Under the pieces are notes generated by a model. It was not told where the DNA came from. It did no database searches and was given only the letters and a program-made list of their open reading frames with translations. A DNA stretch of 62,575 bases, the filler included, from Stramenopiles sp. TOSAG23-2 (taxonomy: Eukaryota), in assembly GCA_900128395.1 (NCBI GenBank). It is 9 parts of 9 records of this genome, joined end to end, with 100 filler letters (N's around TTAATTAATTAA, not from the genome) between each part and the next. Parts side by side here need not be neighbours in the genome. Positions count along the whole stretch, not along the records: positions 6,979 to 13,854 come from LT650390.1; positions 13,955 to 20,825 come from LT650391.1; positions 20,926 to 27,791 come from LT650392.1; 6 more parts are not named here. The stretch is one strand, 5' to 3'. Of the stretch, positions 11,426-23,900 are shown in pieces (within the stretch, counting starts at the first letter, position 1; every line of letters starts with the position of its first letter). The position numbers and the translations under genes were made by a program.

Positions 11426-13666
11426 ATGCCCACATCGTATTCCTCCAAACGACGTCCACCAAAAAATATATTAGCACCAAAATCATTACATGATCCATAT
11501 GGTAATAATGCAAATAAAAATAAACCACGCCAACGTCCATGGGCATCTACTAACAATACCAATCAAAAAGAACAACAACAACCATCAATAAAACAAAAAT
11601 GGAAAGCAGGTGGTTTACGTGTATCGCGTAATTATTTAGGACGCGGTGTATCAAAACCAAAACCATTTTTATCATATAATGATCAAATTAAATTACAACA
11701 ATATGAACAAAAATATATACAACAAGAAGAAAATAATATTAAAAAAAAAAAAGAACAAGTATTAGCATCTGTACCACAATATAGTGTGAAATATGTTGGT
11801 GTAACACAAGGTGACATGGGTGTATTATCTAAACGTTGTTTAATGCCAACAACAACGAATCGGATACCAAACAATCGTAATTATACACCAAAAGAACAAA
11901 AATATCGTTTAGATCCAGAATATGTACGAAAAATGAAATTAACCAACAAACAACAAAATCGTCCAAATACAGCATCTGGTATTAGTATCTCTTCTACAAA
12001 TAAAAAAAAACAACAAGTTAATATGAAACGACCTGTAACATCGCCATCTAAAGGTGGACCAAAATATTTTTTAAATGGTACTACAGATGATAATAATAAT
12101 AATAATAACAATAATAATACAGATATTCAAAATAATGAAACAACAAAAATTGATGATAATGATATAACATTAAATAAAAATCGTCATACTGCATCTCGAA
12201 ATAGTACATTTAATAATAATTTTATTAATAATAATAATAACACCAGTAGCCGTCCACAAACTGCACCATATCGACAAAGCCAACAATTATGGAATGGTGG
12301 TAATAAACACAATATAAATGAAAATGGAAAACGGCCTGAAACAGCACCACATCGTTCAAATGCAATAATAGGTGATGATGATGATGACGAGGAAGAAGGT
12401 GATAAACCAAATCCAGAAAAATATGATCGTTGGATTGTACGTGCTATTCCACCAAGACCTGCATTATCAGCTGGTAGAAAACGACATTTATTGCCTGTAC
12501 ATCATATGATTGGTGGTATGAATAATAATAATAATAACAATGCAATTGTAAATCCAAATTTATATTCTAATTTTGGACGTCGTGAAAATTATTCACAAAA
12601 ATATAATCGATTAGCACGTTTACGACCTGGTAGTGCACCACCTAGTTCATATATAATTTCATCTCAACATGGTGGTGGTATTAACAATAATCATTTACAT
12701 AATTTCCAAAATCATCAACAACAACAACAACGTCCTAATACTGCAGCAAATATGCAACAATTACAAAAACGATTGCAACAACATCAACAACAACGAATAT
12801 TACAACAAGTAGAAGTACCATATCAAGTACATCAACGTATACGTGGTTGGAAATTAACATCACCACATAATGTTGGATTTAATCCAAATGATTCCCATAC
12901 ACGAAAACAAATGTATAATAAAATGAGAAATCAACAACTACAACAACAAATGATGCAACATAATGGTAATAATAATAATAATAAAATAATTAATCCAACT
13001 AAATTATCACCATCTGCACCACATAATTTTTCCAATATGGTAAAGCATGAACGTTTAACTGCTGAAGATATTATGGCAGAAAATATGGGACGTGTAGCTA
13101 TGATGCGACAACAACAACAATTAACTAGTCAACAATATATTAATAGTGTTGGTATGCCTTATAATAATAACAATAATAATGTGATGGTTGGTGATTTAAA
13201 TGCACCACCATCATTATTACAACCTATGATGGATCCATTGAATCAAGCTGTAGAGGAAGAAAAACGTTTACGTGTTAAAATGCGCCAAACAAGTGCTGTA
13301 GTAAATACATTAGATCGTTTTCAACGTGGTCGCAGTGCAAAACCATGGCGTAGTGGACATCATTGGGATGCACCACATCCAGAAGTTCCATTAAATATTG
13401 GTAAAGAATTTCGTTGGATGTCTAGTACACCAAGTGAATATGCAAATATGGTACGTCAAAATGAAATGGAAATGAATTATGATGATGATGGTACTGCTGA
13501 TGGAATGAATAATAATAACCTATTTGCAGATAGTCGTCACAACAATACAATTAGTAATAGTTCTTTTCGTGATATGGTACGTAGTAGTGATGATGAATTG
13601 GAAGAAAATGAATTGTATTTACAACATTTGCAACAAAAATTTACACGTTTTGAGGAGAATAGTTAA
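11426..13666 (+). CDS. Low-complexity N/Q-rich protein with repeated RPx(T/S)A motifs
   Basis: 746-aa ORF with RPNTAS, RPVTSP, RPQTAP, RPETAP, RPGSAP, RPNTAA. Confidence 0.75.
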   Translation: MPTSYSSKRRPPKNILAPKSLHDPYGNNANKNKPRQRPWASTNNTNQKEQQQPSIKQKWKAGGLRVSRNYLGRGVSKPKPFLSYNDQIKLQQYEQKYIQQEENNIKKKKEQVLASVPQYSVKYVGVTQGDMGVLSKRCLMPTTTNRIPNNRNYTPKEQKYRLDPEYVRKMKLTNKQQNRPNTASGISISSTNKKKQQVNMKRPVTSPSKGGPKYFLNGTTDDNNNNNNNNNTDIQNNETTKIDDNDITLNKNRHTASRNSTFNNNFINNNNNTSSRPQTAPYRQSQQLWNGGNKHNINENGKRPETAPHRSNAIIGDDDDDEEEGDKPNPEKYDRWIVRAIPPRPALSAGRKRHLLPVHHMIGGMNNNNNNNAIVNPNLYSNFGRRENYSQKYNRLARLRPGSAPPSSYIISSQHGGGINNNHLHNFQNHQQQQQRPNTAANMQQLQKRLQQHQQQRILQQVEVPYQVHQRIRGWKLTSPHNVGFNPNDSHTRKQMYNKMRNQQLQQQMMQHNGNNNNNKIINPTKLSPSAPHNFSNMVKHERLTAEDIMAENMGRVAMMRQQQQLTSQQYINSVGMPYNNNNNNVMVGDLNAPPSLLQPMMDPLNQAVEEEKRLRVKMRQTSAVVNTLDRFQRGRSAKPWRSGHHWDAPHPEVPLNIGKEFRWMSSTPSEYANMVRQNEMEMNYDDDGTADGMNNNNLFADSRHNNTISNSSFRDMVRSSDDELEENELYLQHLQQKFTRFEENS

Positions 13667-13956
13667 TAGTGTGAGAGAGATGTGAGAAGTGAGAAGTGGT
13701 GTGTTTTTTTTAAAAATATTTGTTTGTAATAAAAATAAAACACTACACAGTATTGGAATATTGATATATTATATTTTATATGTGATGAAATATATTATTT
13801 GATGGTTAAAATCTAAGTTATAATAATTTTACACTTCTCGTGTTAAGTAATATGNNNNNNNNNNNNNNNNNNNNNNNNNNNNNNNNNNNNNNNNNNNNTT
13901 AATTAATTAANNNNNNNNNNNNNNNNNNNNNNNNNNNNNNNNNNNNNNNNNNNNAA

Positions 13957-14755
13957 ATGAAAGGACTCAGGATGATTAATGAATATGTTATAAATAATAA
14001 AAATGATCATTTAGTCCAAAATTTTCGTGGTGATGTGAAAGATTGGTTCACCAATGATTATAATAGGTATCAATGGAACGTACAGTGCGAATTCCTTAAT
14101 TGTAAAAGAAATGTGTACTTACAAAAATGTGGAATATTAGTTTTCTTTATTCATCTAAATCCATTATGGTCTTGCTACCAGAACCAAATATTAAACAAAA
14201 TATGACTAAAGAGAGGGAGGGGGACCAGGTGGCAAAAATTCATGGGAAGAGGAAATGGCAAGATTTCCTGAAACTATTACAAGCAAAACAAAATATTTTA
14301 TATTTCAAATGACTTTCCCCAAAACGAAAAAAAATCCCCCACATTGCAAGTATATCCCTGGATTGCCACATGTTAATGTTTATCCAAATGGTAGAATATG
14401 TGGTACCCATGTGGAAAGATGTTTCCGCACAGGGGATACTGCCCTTGAAATAATATTTAATACTTATTATCATCTAATACACCCAAATGTTCAAGATCCT
14501 ACTCAGCGTCAATCTTATCAACTTTGTAAAAACAACCCAAATGCGTATGAAAAAGAATTACGTGCATATGCAAAAGCTTTGGAAGAACACAAAGCGTCTT
14601 GGCCATGTATTGGCAAACCTACAAATATTAATCTTGCTTTGGCAACCCCATTAACAGAAGAAGAAGTGTGCGAAGTTAAGAAGAAAGCAGAAATGGAAGA
14701 AATGTACATTCCTGCTGTAAGAAAAAAATCACCAGATGCGACTATATTTTTGTAA
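13957..14755 (+). CDS. Divergent UBC9-like E2 conjugating enzyme, split across two frames (probable intron near 14085-14211, or frameshift)
   Basis: PPHCKYIPGLPHVNVYPNGRIC...HPNVQDPTQRQSYQLCKNNPNAYEKELRAYAK matches the UBC9 C-half; upstream frame gives NDH...YQWNVQ and the downstream frame begins PGGKNSWEEE. Confidence 0.65.
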
Positions 14756-14938
14756 TGATTAATGTGCATATATCAGTATTAATGTGCGTAATTTATGATA
14801 TTTAAAAGAAAAACATACTATGATAAATAGGGTCGTTTTTATTTAAAAGCACCTCTCTCTCTCTCTCTCTTACAGTCGTAATTCACTACTGTACACACAC
14901 CACCACACAACGTAAACATCTTGACAAACACTCTATCC

Positions 14939-17900
14939 TCAAACTTTTTTCTGCGATTTATATCCAAGCTGCTGCACTCGGGCTTTTAACTTTGCAATTT
15001 GTGATCGATTAAAGTGTGCTGTTGGTGTTGCTATGCCATTCTCATTACTTTCCACCTTCCTCTTTTTACTACGTTGATGCCTTCGTCTACTAGCATGATT
15101 ATTGTGAGCTTTTTGAACGATAGTTTCTTCCTCATGCAAATCTAAAACATTTTTGGACGCTAATAATGTTGATGGTGAAGAAGCTGCAGCATCTGCAACA
15201 AGATCTTTAAAGCCAGTATCAAAATCGAGAACAACAACCGTTTCAATTAAATTTACATGTTCTTTATCAAATTCCAAAATTATTTCAGAAATGTTCCTAT
15301 TACGTTGTTGTTGCGAACTGCCAGAAGATGACGATGAACTATACTTAATCTTTTTATTTTCAAGCATGAACCATCTATCATTCAAAGATGTTTGTTTCGA
15401 GGAAAGTTCTACTGGCGAAGAAAATTTTACTTTTTTAAAATCACATTCACCATCTTTTTCACAACGTACTTTGAACGATTTTACACCAGGTATAGCTTTA
15501 TGATTGCGAGTTTTATACAAGATAAACACCTGTTTCGTTGACTTAATCAATCGAAATGTCGCACCATTTCGCCATACCTTACCACTTGCCGTGCCACGGA
15601 CTTTTATTGTATTAGGTTCGTTAGAATCTTGATGTCGAACACGTGTCCAACGATATAAACCTGAAAATCTTGGATCTTTCGTTTCATTTTCTTGTTGATT
15701 GAAGCGATTCTCCAAACCGAAATATTTAGACTTAAATGACAAAGCGCTATGTTTTGGCATCGCGGATGAAAAAGTAGAACTAGTGCTTCTATTGCTATGT
15801 TTCCCTGATGCTATCAATAATGTTGGTTGGGATGGTGTTGGTGCCTGTTGAATATTTTCCTGCATGCGGCTAATAACAGAATTCTTGATGATGATATTTT
15901 TTGTATCAAATGTTTCGCATTCTTCCTCTTCAGGGTCAATGATACGCGGATGCTGATCCAAAAGGAGCGATGATCTAGTATTGTCATTCATCCGTACAGC
16001 CCTTACGGTTGTGGAAGTTTGTAATGGTGAATTTTCTTCAACAATATCGACATGATTACTAAAATTTCCAAGGCTTTTAGGTTGCAATGGGCTCGTGTCC
16101 ATTTTTCCATTATTGGAAGCATCAATACGTATCATAGTTGGCGATTCATCGAAATGATCAACATTGAAGCTCCTTCTTGTATAAAAATTTTTTCTTGATA
16201 CAAAACTGCAAGAAGATGACGATAATGCAGGAGATGTTGCGCTATTACTTATGGTGCTGGCAGAAGATGATGAGTGCCTTCCAGATGAGGATGACGATGA
16301 TCGTAATTTAGGAATCGATCTTGTAAAATCATTGGCAATAATCGACGATTTGATGGTTTCTTCTTCTACATATTCCTCCTCTACATTTGCTTTTTCCATA
16401 TTCTCATTACTATTTTCCTCCATCGCCTCAATCGATAATCGTGATATTGATGGTGGTGCTACTATTTGTGGAGATGGTGTAGCAAGTCGTCGATCCATCA
16501 TTCGCTTTGGAAGCGATGCATTACTGATCTTGCTACTACTATTATTGTTGTTAAAGTCTACTGAAACTTGTTGCAGCTTATTTATATTCAAATGTAAGTT
16601 TTTTCTCTCCGTTGGATCTCTTCTACTACTTTTTTCTACTATCTTACTGTTTTTATTATTATTATACTTATTATCACTTTTAACATGCGATGGTGGTGGT
16701 GGTGATAATGTTGGCTTGTCCAAAGGACGACGTAATTTCACCCTTGATACATATTTCTTCGGTACTTTTGATCTTGCCTTTTCTTCGTTATCATAGGTTT
16801 CCGTATTTTTTAATTTTTTTTCAACGTTTACTTGAGTATTGTTTTCCCTTATATCCACTGTATTTTGGATTAGCTTTGCTTTTGCATCGTCATCTAAATC
16901 ATTTGGCTCGAAATCACCTTCATCTTCCAAAACACGTTGCATTTCTATGCTTATATTATTTATATTTAAATTATCTATAAAATCGTCAATATTTTTCGAA
17001 ACATTATTCATGCCAATGCTTTGCGTTGTACGCCCTTCATTCTCTTCTTTAGCATTTCGAGATTGTTGTTTACTGTTATTATCATTATTACTACTACCAG
17101 TAACATTGTTACTTGAAGCATAATGATGCGACAATTTAGTGGCTTGAGTCATTTTCATCTTTGATTTTTTCTTCAAAAGACCTAAATCACCTCCGCCAAC
17201 TTGATGCTTTGATTTATTCTTTTTACTATGCTTATGGCGATCTGATTTCTTGCCGGTGGAAGAAACGTTTGATGAAACAGAAGAAGTTGGGCTATGCTCC
17301 TCCGATTTTCGACTATTACTACTACTGCTACTTCTATTACTACCACCGCTATTAATACCATGGAGAGATTGCTGTAAATGTGTCGATGGTGGTGGTGTGG
17401 ATGCATTCATTCGTGAAGTTCGTGGTGAATATGCCTTTGTCAAAAATGGTATTGGGCTAGGATTTGGTGATTGGGATGGGGAAATTTCCTCTTCACCAGA
17501 TATGGAACGATTTAATTGCTTCCTATTACTACTTCCTGGAGTCGATGATGATGAATTTGTACTATTGTGGCTACTGCTATTATTATTATTATTATTATTA
17601 TTTCCACTGTTACTAATACCATGCAAATTTCCGCTACTATTGCTTCTTTTTGGTGTAGGTGGTCGACTTCGTTGCCTTTGATAAAATCTCACTTCTTCCT
17701 CCAATTTACGTTTTGTTTCTACATACAATGCTTTCATTTTCTTCTCATTTGCAGCTCGTAAACGATTGTTTTCTTCTAAATTTTTGACACGTTCCTTTAA
17801 CGATCTATTTTCTTTAAAAATGTGTTGAATCTTCCCACTTTGCTTGTTGACTAAAATTTGTTTTTCCTCCAACTTGCCATTCAACTCAATTTTTTCTTCC

Positions 17901-19126
17901 TTCAATTTCTCCAATTTAGAATTTAAATTTGCTATTTTATTTTCGTACTCTTCCTTGATAGCTTTAATATCACGCTCTAGTTTCGGTATGCGATTCACAG
18001 CATTTTGTCCAATTTTCAAATCTTGCATAAAATTTTTCTTTTGTTTCCTAAAATTTTCTTTCTCGCGTCTGAAAACACTATGTGGTAACCTAACTTGTAC
18101 AGGCTCGTATGCTAAAATTTGCGAAACGGATGGCCTTTTACTAGGATCTTTGTCCAACATTTTCAATATAACAAATTTCAAATGATCGGAGAAAGCATCT
18201 GGTAATGCCTTTGGTTGCATATTCACAATTTTGTTAATTAAAGCCGGTACTGATTGGTTTTTTGTCTGAAATGGTGGGTGTAGCGCAGCCATTTCGTACA
18301 TTAAACACCCAAACGACCACACATCACTTTTTTCATCATATGCCTCTTCCTTACAAAGCTCTGGCGAAAAATATAATGGTGTACCAACTTGTGAATGTGC
18401 AGCAACTGAATGCGTGCCTAACATACGCACAAGGCCAAAATCACCAATTTTTATATTTAAATTTTCATCTAGAAAAATATTTTGTGCTTTGATATCACGA
18501 TGTAATATTTTTTCTTTGTGTAAATATTCCAAGCCTTCTGAAATTTGTATAAGGTATTCCCACAATGATTTTTCTTGTAAGTAACAACCTTTATTTTTTG
18601 CTTGAACTATCATACAAGATAAATCGCCATATGGTGCATGTTCCATGATAATATTTATCGAACGCCCTTCCATACAAGATTCATGAAATTGTATAATATT
18701 TGGATGGCATATTTTCTTCATAGCTTCTACCTCACCCATTGCTAATTTCATCTGTTGTTTCGATAAATTGGTCAAAGGAACATTTTTCAATACAAAAATT
18801 TTCTTGTCACATTTACGTTGTACTTTCCATATATCGCCATATGTACCACTTCCAATTTGTTTTAGTTGTTCATAATCATATTTAAAACTAGATGAAATTT
18901 CTAAATTGTTATTGTTTTTGGCATTGGTATTGCTATTTAAGATAGCAACGTTGTTCTCTTTGGTATTATTATTATTACTATTATTATTATTGTTATTTCC
19001 TCCACCAGTATTAGTTGTTTGTGCATGTAACTGGTTGAAATTATTCCTAACGTGAGGCCGTCCTCTTGGTGGGGATAATTTCCTATTTTTTCTTGTCGAT
19101 ACAGCAGATGTACTACGACTATGCAT
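14939..19126 (-). CDS. NimA-related (NEK) Ser/Thr kinase with coiled coil and long disordered C-terminus
   Basis: IGSGTYG, VLK, HRDIKAQNIFL, DFG, GTPLYFSPE, SDVWSFGC; likely start MHSRST at 19126 (ORF track extends to 19252 through AT-rich sequence). Confidence 0.9.
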   Translation of the reverse strand: MHSRSTSAVSTRKNRKLSPPRGRPHVRNNFNQLHAQTTNTGGGNNNNNNSNNNNTKENNVAILNSNTNAKNNNNLEISSSFKYDYEQLKQIGSGTYGDIWKVQRKCDKKIFVLKNVPLTNLSKQQMKLAMGEVEAMKKICHPNIIQFHESCMEGRSINIIMEHAPYGDLSCMIVQAKNKGCYLQEKSLWEYLIQISEGLEYLHKEKILHRDIKAQNIFLDENLNIKIGDFGLVRMLGTHSVAAHSQVGTPLYFSPELCKEEAYDEKSDVWSFGCLMYEMAALHPPFQTKNQSVPALINKIVNMQPKALPDAFSDHLKFVILKMLDKDPSKRPSVSQILAYEPVQVRLPHSVFRREKENFRKQKKNFMQDLKIGQNAVNRIPKLERDIKAIKEEYENKIANLNSKLEKLKEEKIELNGKLEEKQILVNKQSGKIQHIFKENRSLKERVKNLEENNRLRAANEKKMKALYVETKRKLEEEVRFYQRQRSRPPTPKRSNSSGNLHGISNSGNNNNNNNNSSSHNSTNSSSSTPGSSNRKQLNRSISGEEEISPSQSPNPSPIPFLTKAYSPRTSRMNASTPPPSTHLQQSLHGINSGGSNRSSSSSNSRKSEEHSPTSSVSSNVSSTGKKSDRHKHSKKNKSKHQVGGGDLGLLKKKSKMKMTQATKLSHHYASSNNVTGSSNNDNNSKQQSRNAKEENEGRTTQSIGMNNVSKNIDDFIDNLNINNISIEMQRVLEDEGDFEPNDLDDDAKAKLIQNTVDIRENNTQVNVEKKLKNTETYDNEEKARSKVPKKYVSRVKLRRPLDKPTLSPPPPSHVKSDNKYNNNKNSKIVEKSSRRDPTERKNLHLNINKLQQVSVDFNNNNSSSKISNASLPKRMMDRRLATPSPQIVAPPSISRLSIEAMEENSNENMEKANVEEEYVEEETIKSSIIANDFTRSIPKLRSSSSSSGRHSSSSASTISNSATSPALSSSSCSFVSRKNFYTRRSFNVDHFDESPTMIRIDASNNGKMDTSPLQPKSLGNFSNHVDIVEENSPLQTSTTVRAVRMNDNTRSSLLLDQHPRIIDPEEEECETFDTKNIIIKNSVISRMQENIQQAPTPSQPTLLIASGKHSNRSTSSTFSSAMPKHSALSFKSKYFGLENRFNQQENETKDPRFSGLYRWTRVRHQDSNEPNTIKVRGTASGKVWRNGATFRLIKSTKQVFILYKTRNHKAIPGVKSFKVRCEKDGECDFKKVKFSSPVELSSKQTSLNDRWFMLENKKIKYSSSSSSGSSQQQRNRNISEIILEFDKEHVNLIETVVVLDFDTGFKDLVADAAASSPSTLLASKNVLDLHEEETIVQKAHNNHASRRRHQRSKKRKVESNENGIATPTAHFNRSQIAKLKARVQQLGYKSQKKV

Positions 19127-20341
19127 ATTCTTAGACGGGTTGAAACGTATATGTAAAATGTATAATATATATATATATATATAATTTAATCTCTGTTCAA
19201 CTTGCTTTTTCTTCTTTTTCAATTGTACCTTTGTTGTATCTTTGTCCACCAATGTGTTTTGCTAGAACTATTATTTATGTTTTAAAACTATATTTTTAAC
19301 TGTATATATATAGTGTTGTATTATTTTTGTAGTAAGTTCAAAATTGGTGTGTAAAATTTTTAAAATTAGCAGGTTAATAGCATTATATTTTTTTTTAAAA
19401 TCACCGTGGTGAAATTTAAATAATATGAGATGTTTTCTTCTTGGGGGTGTTCAGTGCTATTTATATGTTATTTTCATTTTGCGATTTTATAAATTATTAG
19501 TTTTGATATAAGCATCAATGCATCGCGATAGTAGCGATATAGTACTGTGCCTTTTCTGGAATGCTGTGTTGGTGTGTTGGTGTTGGATTTTGTTGATTTA
19601 CACATTTCCTGGATTTAGGATCGCGCCGATCATCTGTAAATTACACAGGAAATGAAACCAGGTAAGCAACTCGTACTCTAACCCGTACGACACAAAACAT
19701 AAATAAATTAGTATAGGAAGAAATTGTACTTATAATACAGGTTGAGGAAATACTGATAGGGTGGTCTCCCAATCCCCACAGAGATAAATCACATTCCTTC
19801 AAAAAAAATATGATACGAACCGTCGGTATATTTTTTTATAAAAAACGATGATACTATTAGTAGAATTAGAACTATGCAGAATAAAATTTTTTAAAAAAAT
19901 GTTTTTTAAAATTTACACTCTCTGTTTAAAAATTTATTACACACACGCCTTTTACGCTGAGGTACGAAGTTCGTAACCATTTAAATATGCAAAATGCTAT
20001 CTTAGCACCTTGTTTATATACATCATTTTTTTCAAATTTTCGTGTATTTAATACTGATTTAAAAAAAAACCATGTTGTGTATTATTTTATATAAATTTAC
20101 ATTAAAACGCTTGTTTTTGTTTTGTAACATGATATGTAGATTGTGTTTTGTAATTTTTTATACGCGTACACACGTACACACACATTGATTTTTGTTTCTT
20201 TTTTCTTTTTGTGTGTAAAAATAATTTTGTTTCTTGTTTCCAAACTATTCAAAAATGTTAAAATACAACACAAATTTTTACTGCTCTCTTCTTGTCTCTC
20301 CGTGTGAGTGACTTTAAAATTTTACTAATCATCTTCTGAAT

Positions 20342-20825
20342 CTATAAATCATCATCGTATTCATCATCATCGTATTCATCATCATCGTATTCATCATCAT
20401 CGTATTCATTTTTAAGTTTTCCACCTTTTGAACGTATAAGATCAATGATTTTTTGTTTAATTGGACTTCTATTATATTCACTAAATGCAAAGTCCAGGGG
20501 AGTGTTTCCGCACCTGTCCTTCTTATTAATGCTATTAAGAGGCATATTACTTAATAAGAACTCAATCAACTTTGTATCCTTTTTGTTATAACCTGCTGCC
20601 CAATGTAATGCATTCGATCCATACTTATCTGCAATATTAGGATCAGCTTCACCTTGTTCAATCAAATATTTAACTATTTGGAAATGTTCGTTCATTGCAG
20701 CCATCATTAAAGGTGTATATTCATGACCATCACTACGTTTACCGACTTGACTCACGTATTCTTTCAATGTCATATTATTATTATTATTACCATTACTACC
20801 ATTCACATCATTATAGCCTGTAATC
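20342..20825 (-). CDS. Ankyrin-repeat protein of the same family as 589-1392 (paralog C) with (EYDDD)4 tail; 5' truncated
   Basis: TPLMMAAMNEHFQIVKYLIEQGEADPNIAD...GNTPLDFA...LIRSKGGK; 15-bp tandem repeat at about 20348-20407. Confidence 0.85.
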
Positions 20826-20926
20826 NNNNNNNNNNNNNNNNNNNNNNNNNNNNNNNNNNNNNNNNNNNNTTAATTAATTAANNNNNNNNNNNNNNNNNNN
20901 NNNNNNNNNNNNNNNNNNNNNNNNNT

Positions 20927-23900
20927 GATCAATTAACTGTACTATCCCATTCCGCATTTAAAATAATAAAGGGTGAATTATCAACAAAATCTATATTATA
21001 TAAACTTGATCGTTTAGGACTATATATCTACGAATGGAAAAAGACAGGTATTGTGACTGCTGGTTTTATAGCAGAAGAATTATGGAAGATATTTCAACAT
21101 CCGGATTTACCACCGAGCGAAAAGATTCAATTAGTGAGATTGGAAGATGGATCTGAAATAACATTGGTAAAAAGTGATGAAGAAGATGATGGAACTATAT
21201 GTTATAAGAAGGATGAAAAAATTTACTCTCTATATAATGAAAAGGGCGATGTAAAAGTAGGAAAACGATTAGTTGTCGATACTAATGCTAAAGATGCACT
21301 GATATTCGCTTGTATCCAAGAATTATTGCAAAAACAAATTAAAATTACGAAAGATATAAAAGGGATACAACAGTATGTGGACTGTATGAATGCAAGTCAA
21401 AAGAAAAATTCTAAGGAACAAACAAAAATATCTGAACGTGTAACAAACGCGGTATTAAGATTAGAGATGTTCATCAACTATGTTAAATCGAAAGATTCAA
21501 AAGTTAATAATTTTATGAATCTAAAATTTAAAGAAATACTTGAAAAAATAGAAACGCTAGAGCAAAATCAACAAGGTAACCATATTCTAACTACTTTGTA
21601 TCGCAATGCAAAAGGTATAATTTATTTAGCTGTTGATTTTGAAGAAAGTATAAAGGAAGCAAAGGGAATTCAAAAAATTACAGGTGCAGATATATTTAAA
21701 GGTTCTGTGTTTGAGTTCTACAAACAAATACAATCAAATAATTATCAATATTGTCACTTTATTGGTCATGGAAACGCTGATATCCTAAATAAAATTTTAG
21801 GTCTTTTCTTGGTTGATATAACAACCAAACCATATACTATAGAGCGAATTGAATATGATAAGTTTATCGAAACATTAATTCAACATGGTGTTACATTATT
21901 TACGATGAGTGCGTGTGAAACAGCTAGTGATAATTGTAATGTTGTACAACATTTTATTGATGAAGGTGGCTTACATTCATACGGGTTTAAGAGAAAAGTT
22001 TGTTCTAATGCTGCCCCAATTATCAGCGAAGGTTTTTATCATGCCTTTTTTAAAGGTGGCAAATTGCCCGAAGACGCTTTTAAATGCGGGACAAATGCTG
22101 TAGCATTGAAAGTGAAAAATACAACGATAAAATGGGGGAATATGAATGTCTCTGATCAAAAATTTGATTTATTAGAAGAAAATGAAGGCGGGGATCCAAT
22201 TTTCAAAGAAAACGATGTTAAAATTAAAAAAATATACACTGAACATATAAAAGAATTGCTCCTTCTGCAAGCATCAAATGATCATACATCTTTTTTAAAA
22301 TTGTTTTTCAACTTTATTGAGAAACCAGAAAACTTTGCAAAAGTTGTTGCTGCATTAAACAAAAACGATGGAAAGGAGATAGATCGCATTAAACAAGAAA
22401 TGAAATTGAAAAAAGTATTGGTTGAGAACATATCAGTTGAAAACGTATCATCTAAAATGCTAAGTATGCTTCAGGAAATTTGCAAAAAAAAATTATTAGC
22501 ACAAGATGACTTAACACCTGAACAAGCAGAGAAATACAAGGAATACGAAAATGCAATAAATGCAAAACGTAAAATTGGATGTGTACACATAAAAGGATTT
22601 GCTGGTACAGGTAAAACATTTTTAGGTTTAAATTTTATATGTAAAATGTTAATGGATAACCCAAAAGCAAACATACTTTTTGTATGCACACAAAATGGAT
22701 TTGCTTATTTTTTTGCAAGATGGATATTAATACGTATGTTAAGTAGGAAAGGTAAACGTGGTGATGATGAGACCAAGGGAGAAGAGAATGATAATAATAA
22801 TGACGCAGTACAACATGATCCAGAATCGATTTTAAATCGTATACATTTTTGTACAAGAAAGACCGGATATGATCCACAAAAAGCAACACTTCTAATTGAC
22901 GATCAGAGGAATGTATATTTAAAGTTTGTACCTATTGATGAAACAATCATGGACTATGATTTAGTCGTAATTGATGAAGCGCATCATATTGTTCGTAAAA
23001 ATGATAAGGTGTGGAAGAAAATATTAAGGCATTTTGAAGATGCAAAACAACGTGTAATACTTTCCGATGATAATCAAGGACCATCTGCAATGCAAAAGAT
23101 TAATAATGCAATAAAGTATGCATTAGAAAGTGATGAAGAAGAAAGTGATGAAGAGGTATTTCCAATTGTACTCCGAGATGTTGTACGTTCGACACAAGCA
23201 ATTACCTTGTTCTCGCATTTATTTAGAAAAAATGTAAAAAAGCCATCATGTAAAAATAAGGAATATGGGCGTTTTATTGAACCGTTTTTAATTATTGATT
23301 CTGACAAAGATGACGATAATAATAATAATGATACAATAACACAATACATTAAGAAAACTATTGATGCTTTAACACATATCAAAGACACCTTCGTAACAGA
23401 AAAGGATAAAGATATTGGGTGGTTCCGATTAAGTCGTGGTCGTGTTGTAATTATATTACCAGATGATCATGTTTTATTAAGTGTTGTAGATGAGTTTACA
23501 AATAAATTGCAAGCTGAAATTGACAAGATGGATCTTCAAATTAAGTTTGAATTTTTCAACGCAGAAACAATGTTTGGTTTATTTCCACAATTATATCATA
23601 CCTCAGTACAAATAGTTGTTGATACTATTTCAAATCAAGATGGTTTAGAATACGATGCAGTAATTGTTGTTGGTTTCGACGAAACAATAGATGATGATAT
23701 CGAAGAGTCAATACTGGATAAGAAAAAAGCATCTGTATATCGTGCTATTACACGTGCAAAATTATTTGTTGGTATAGTTGATAAGCCTGTAAAATATGGA
23801 CTTTATCATAGTATATGGACAGATACAGAACTGGATGAAATACCAGATTCAGAAAGAAATAAGCTTTATGAGAAGCAAAGTCAATTTCTGACAAAAATTG

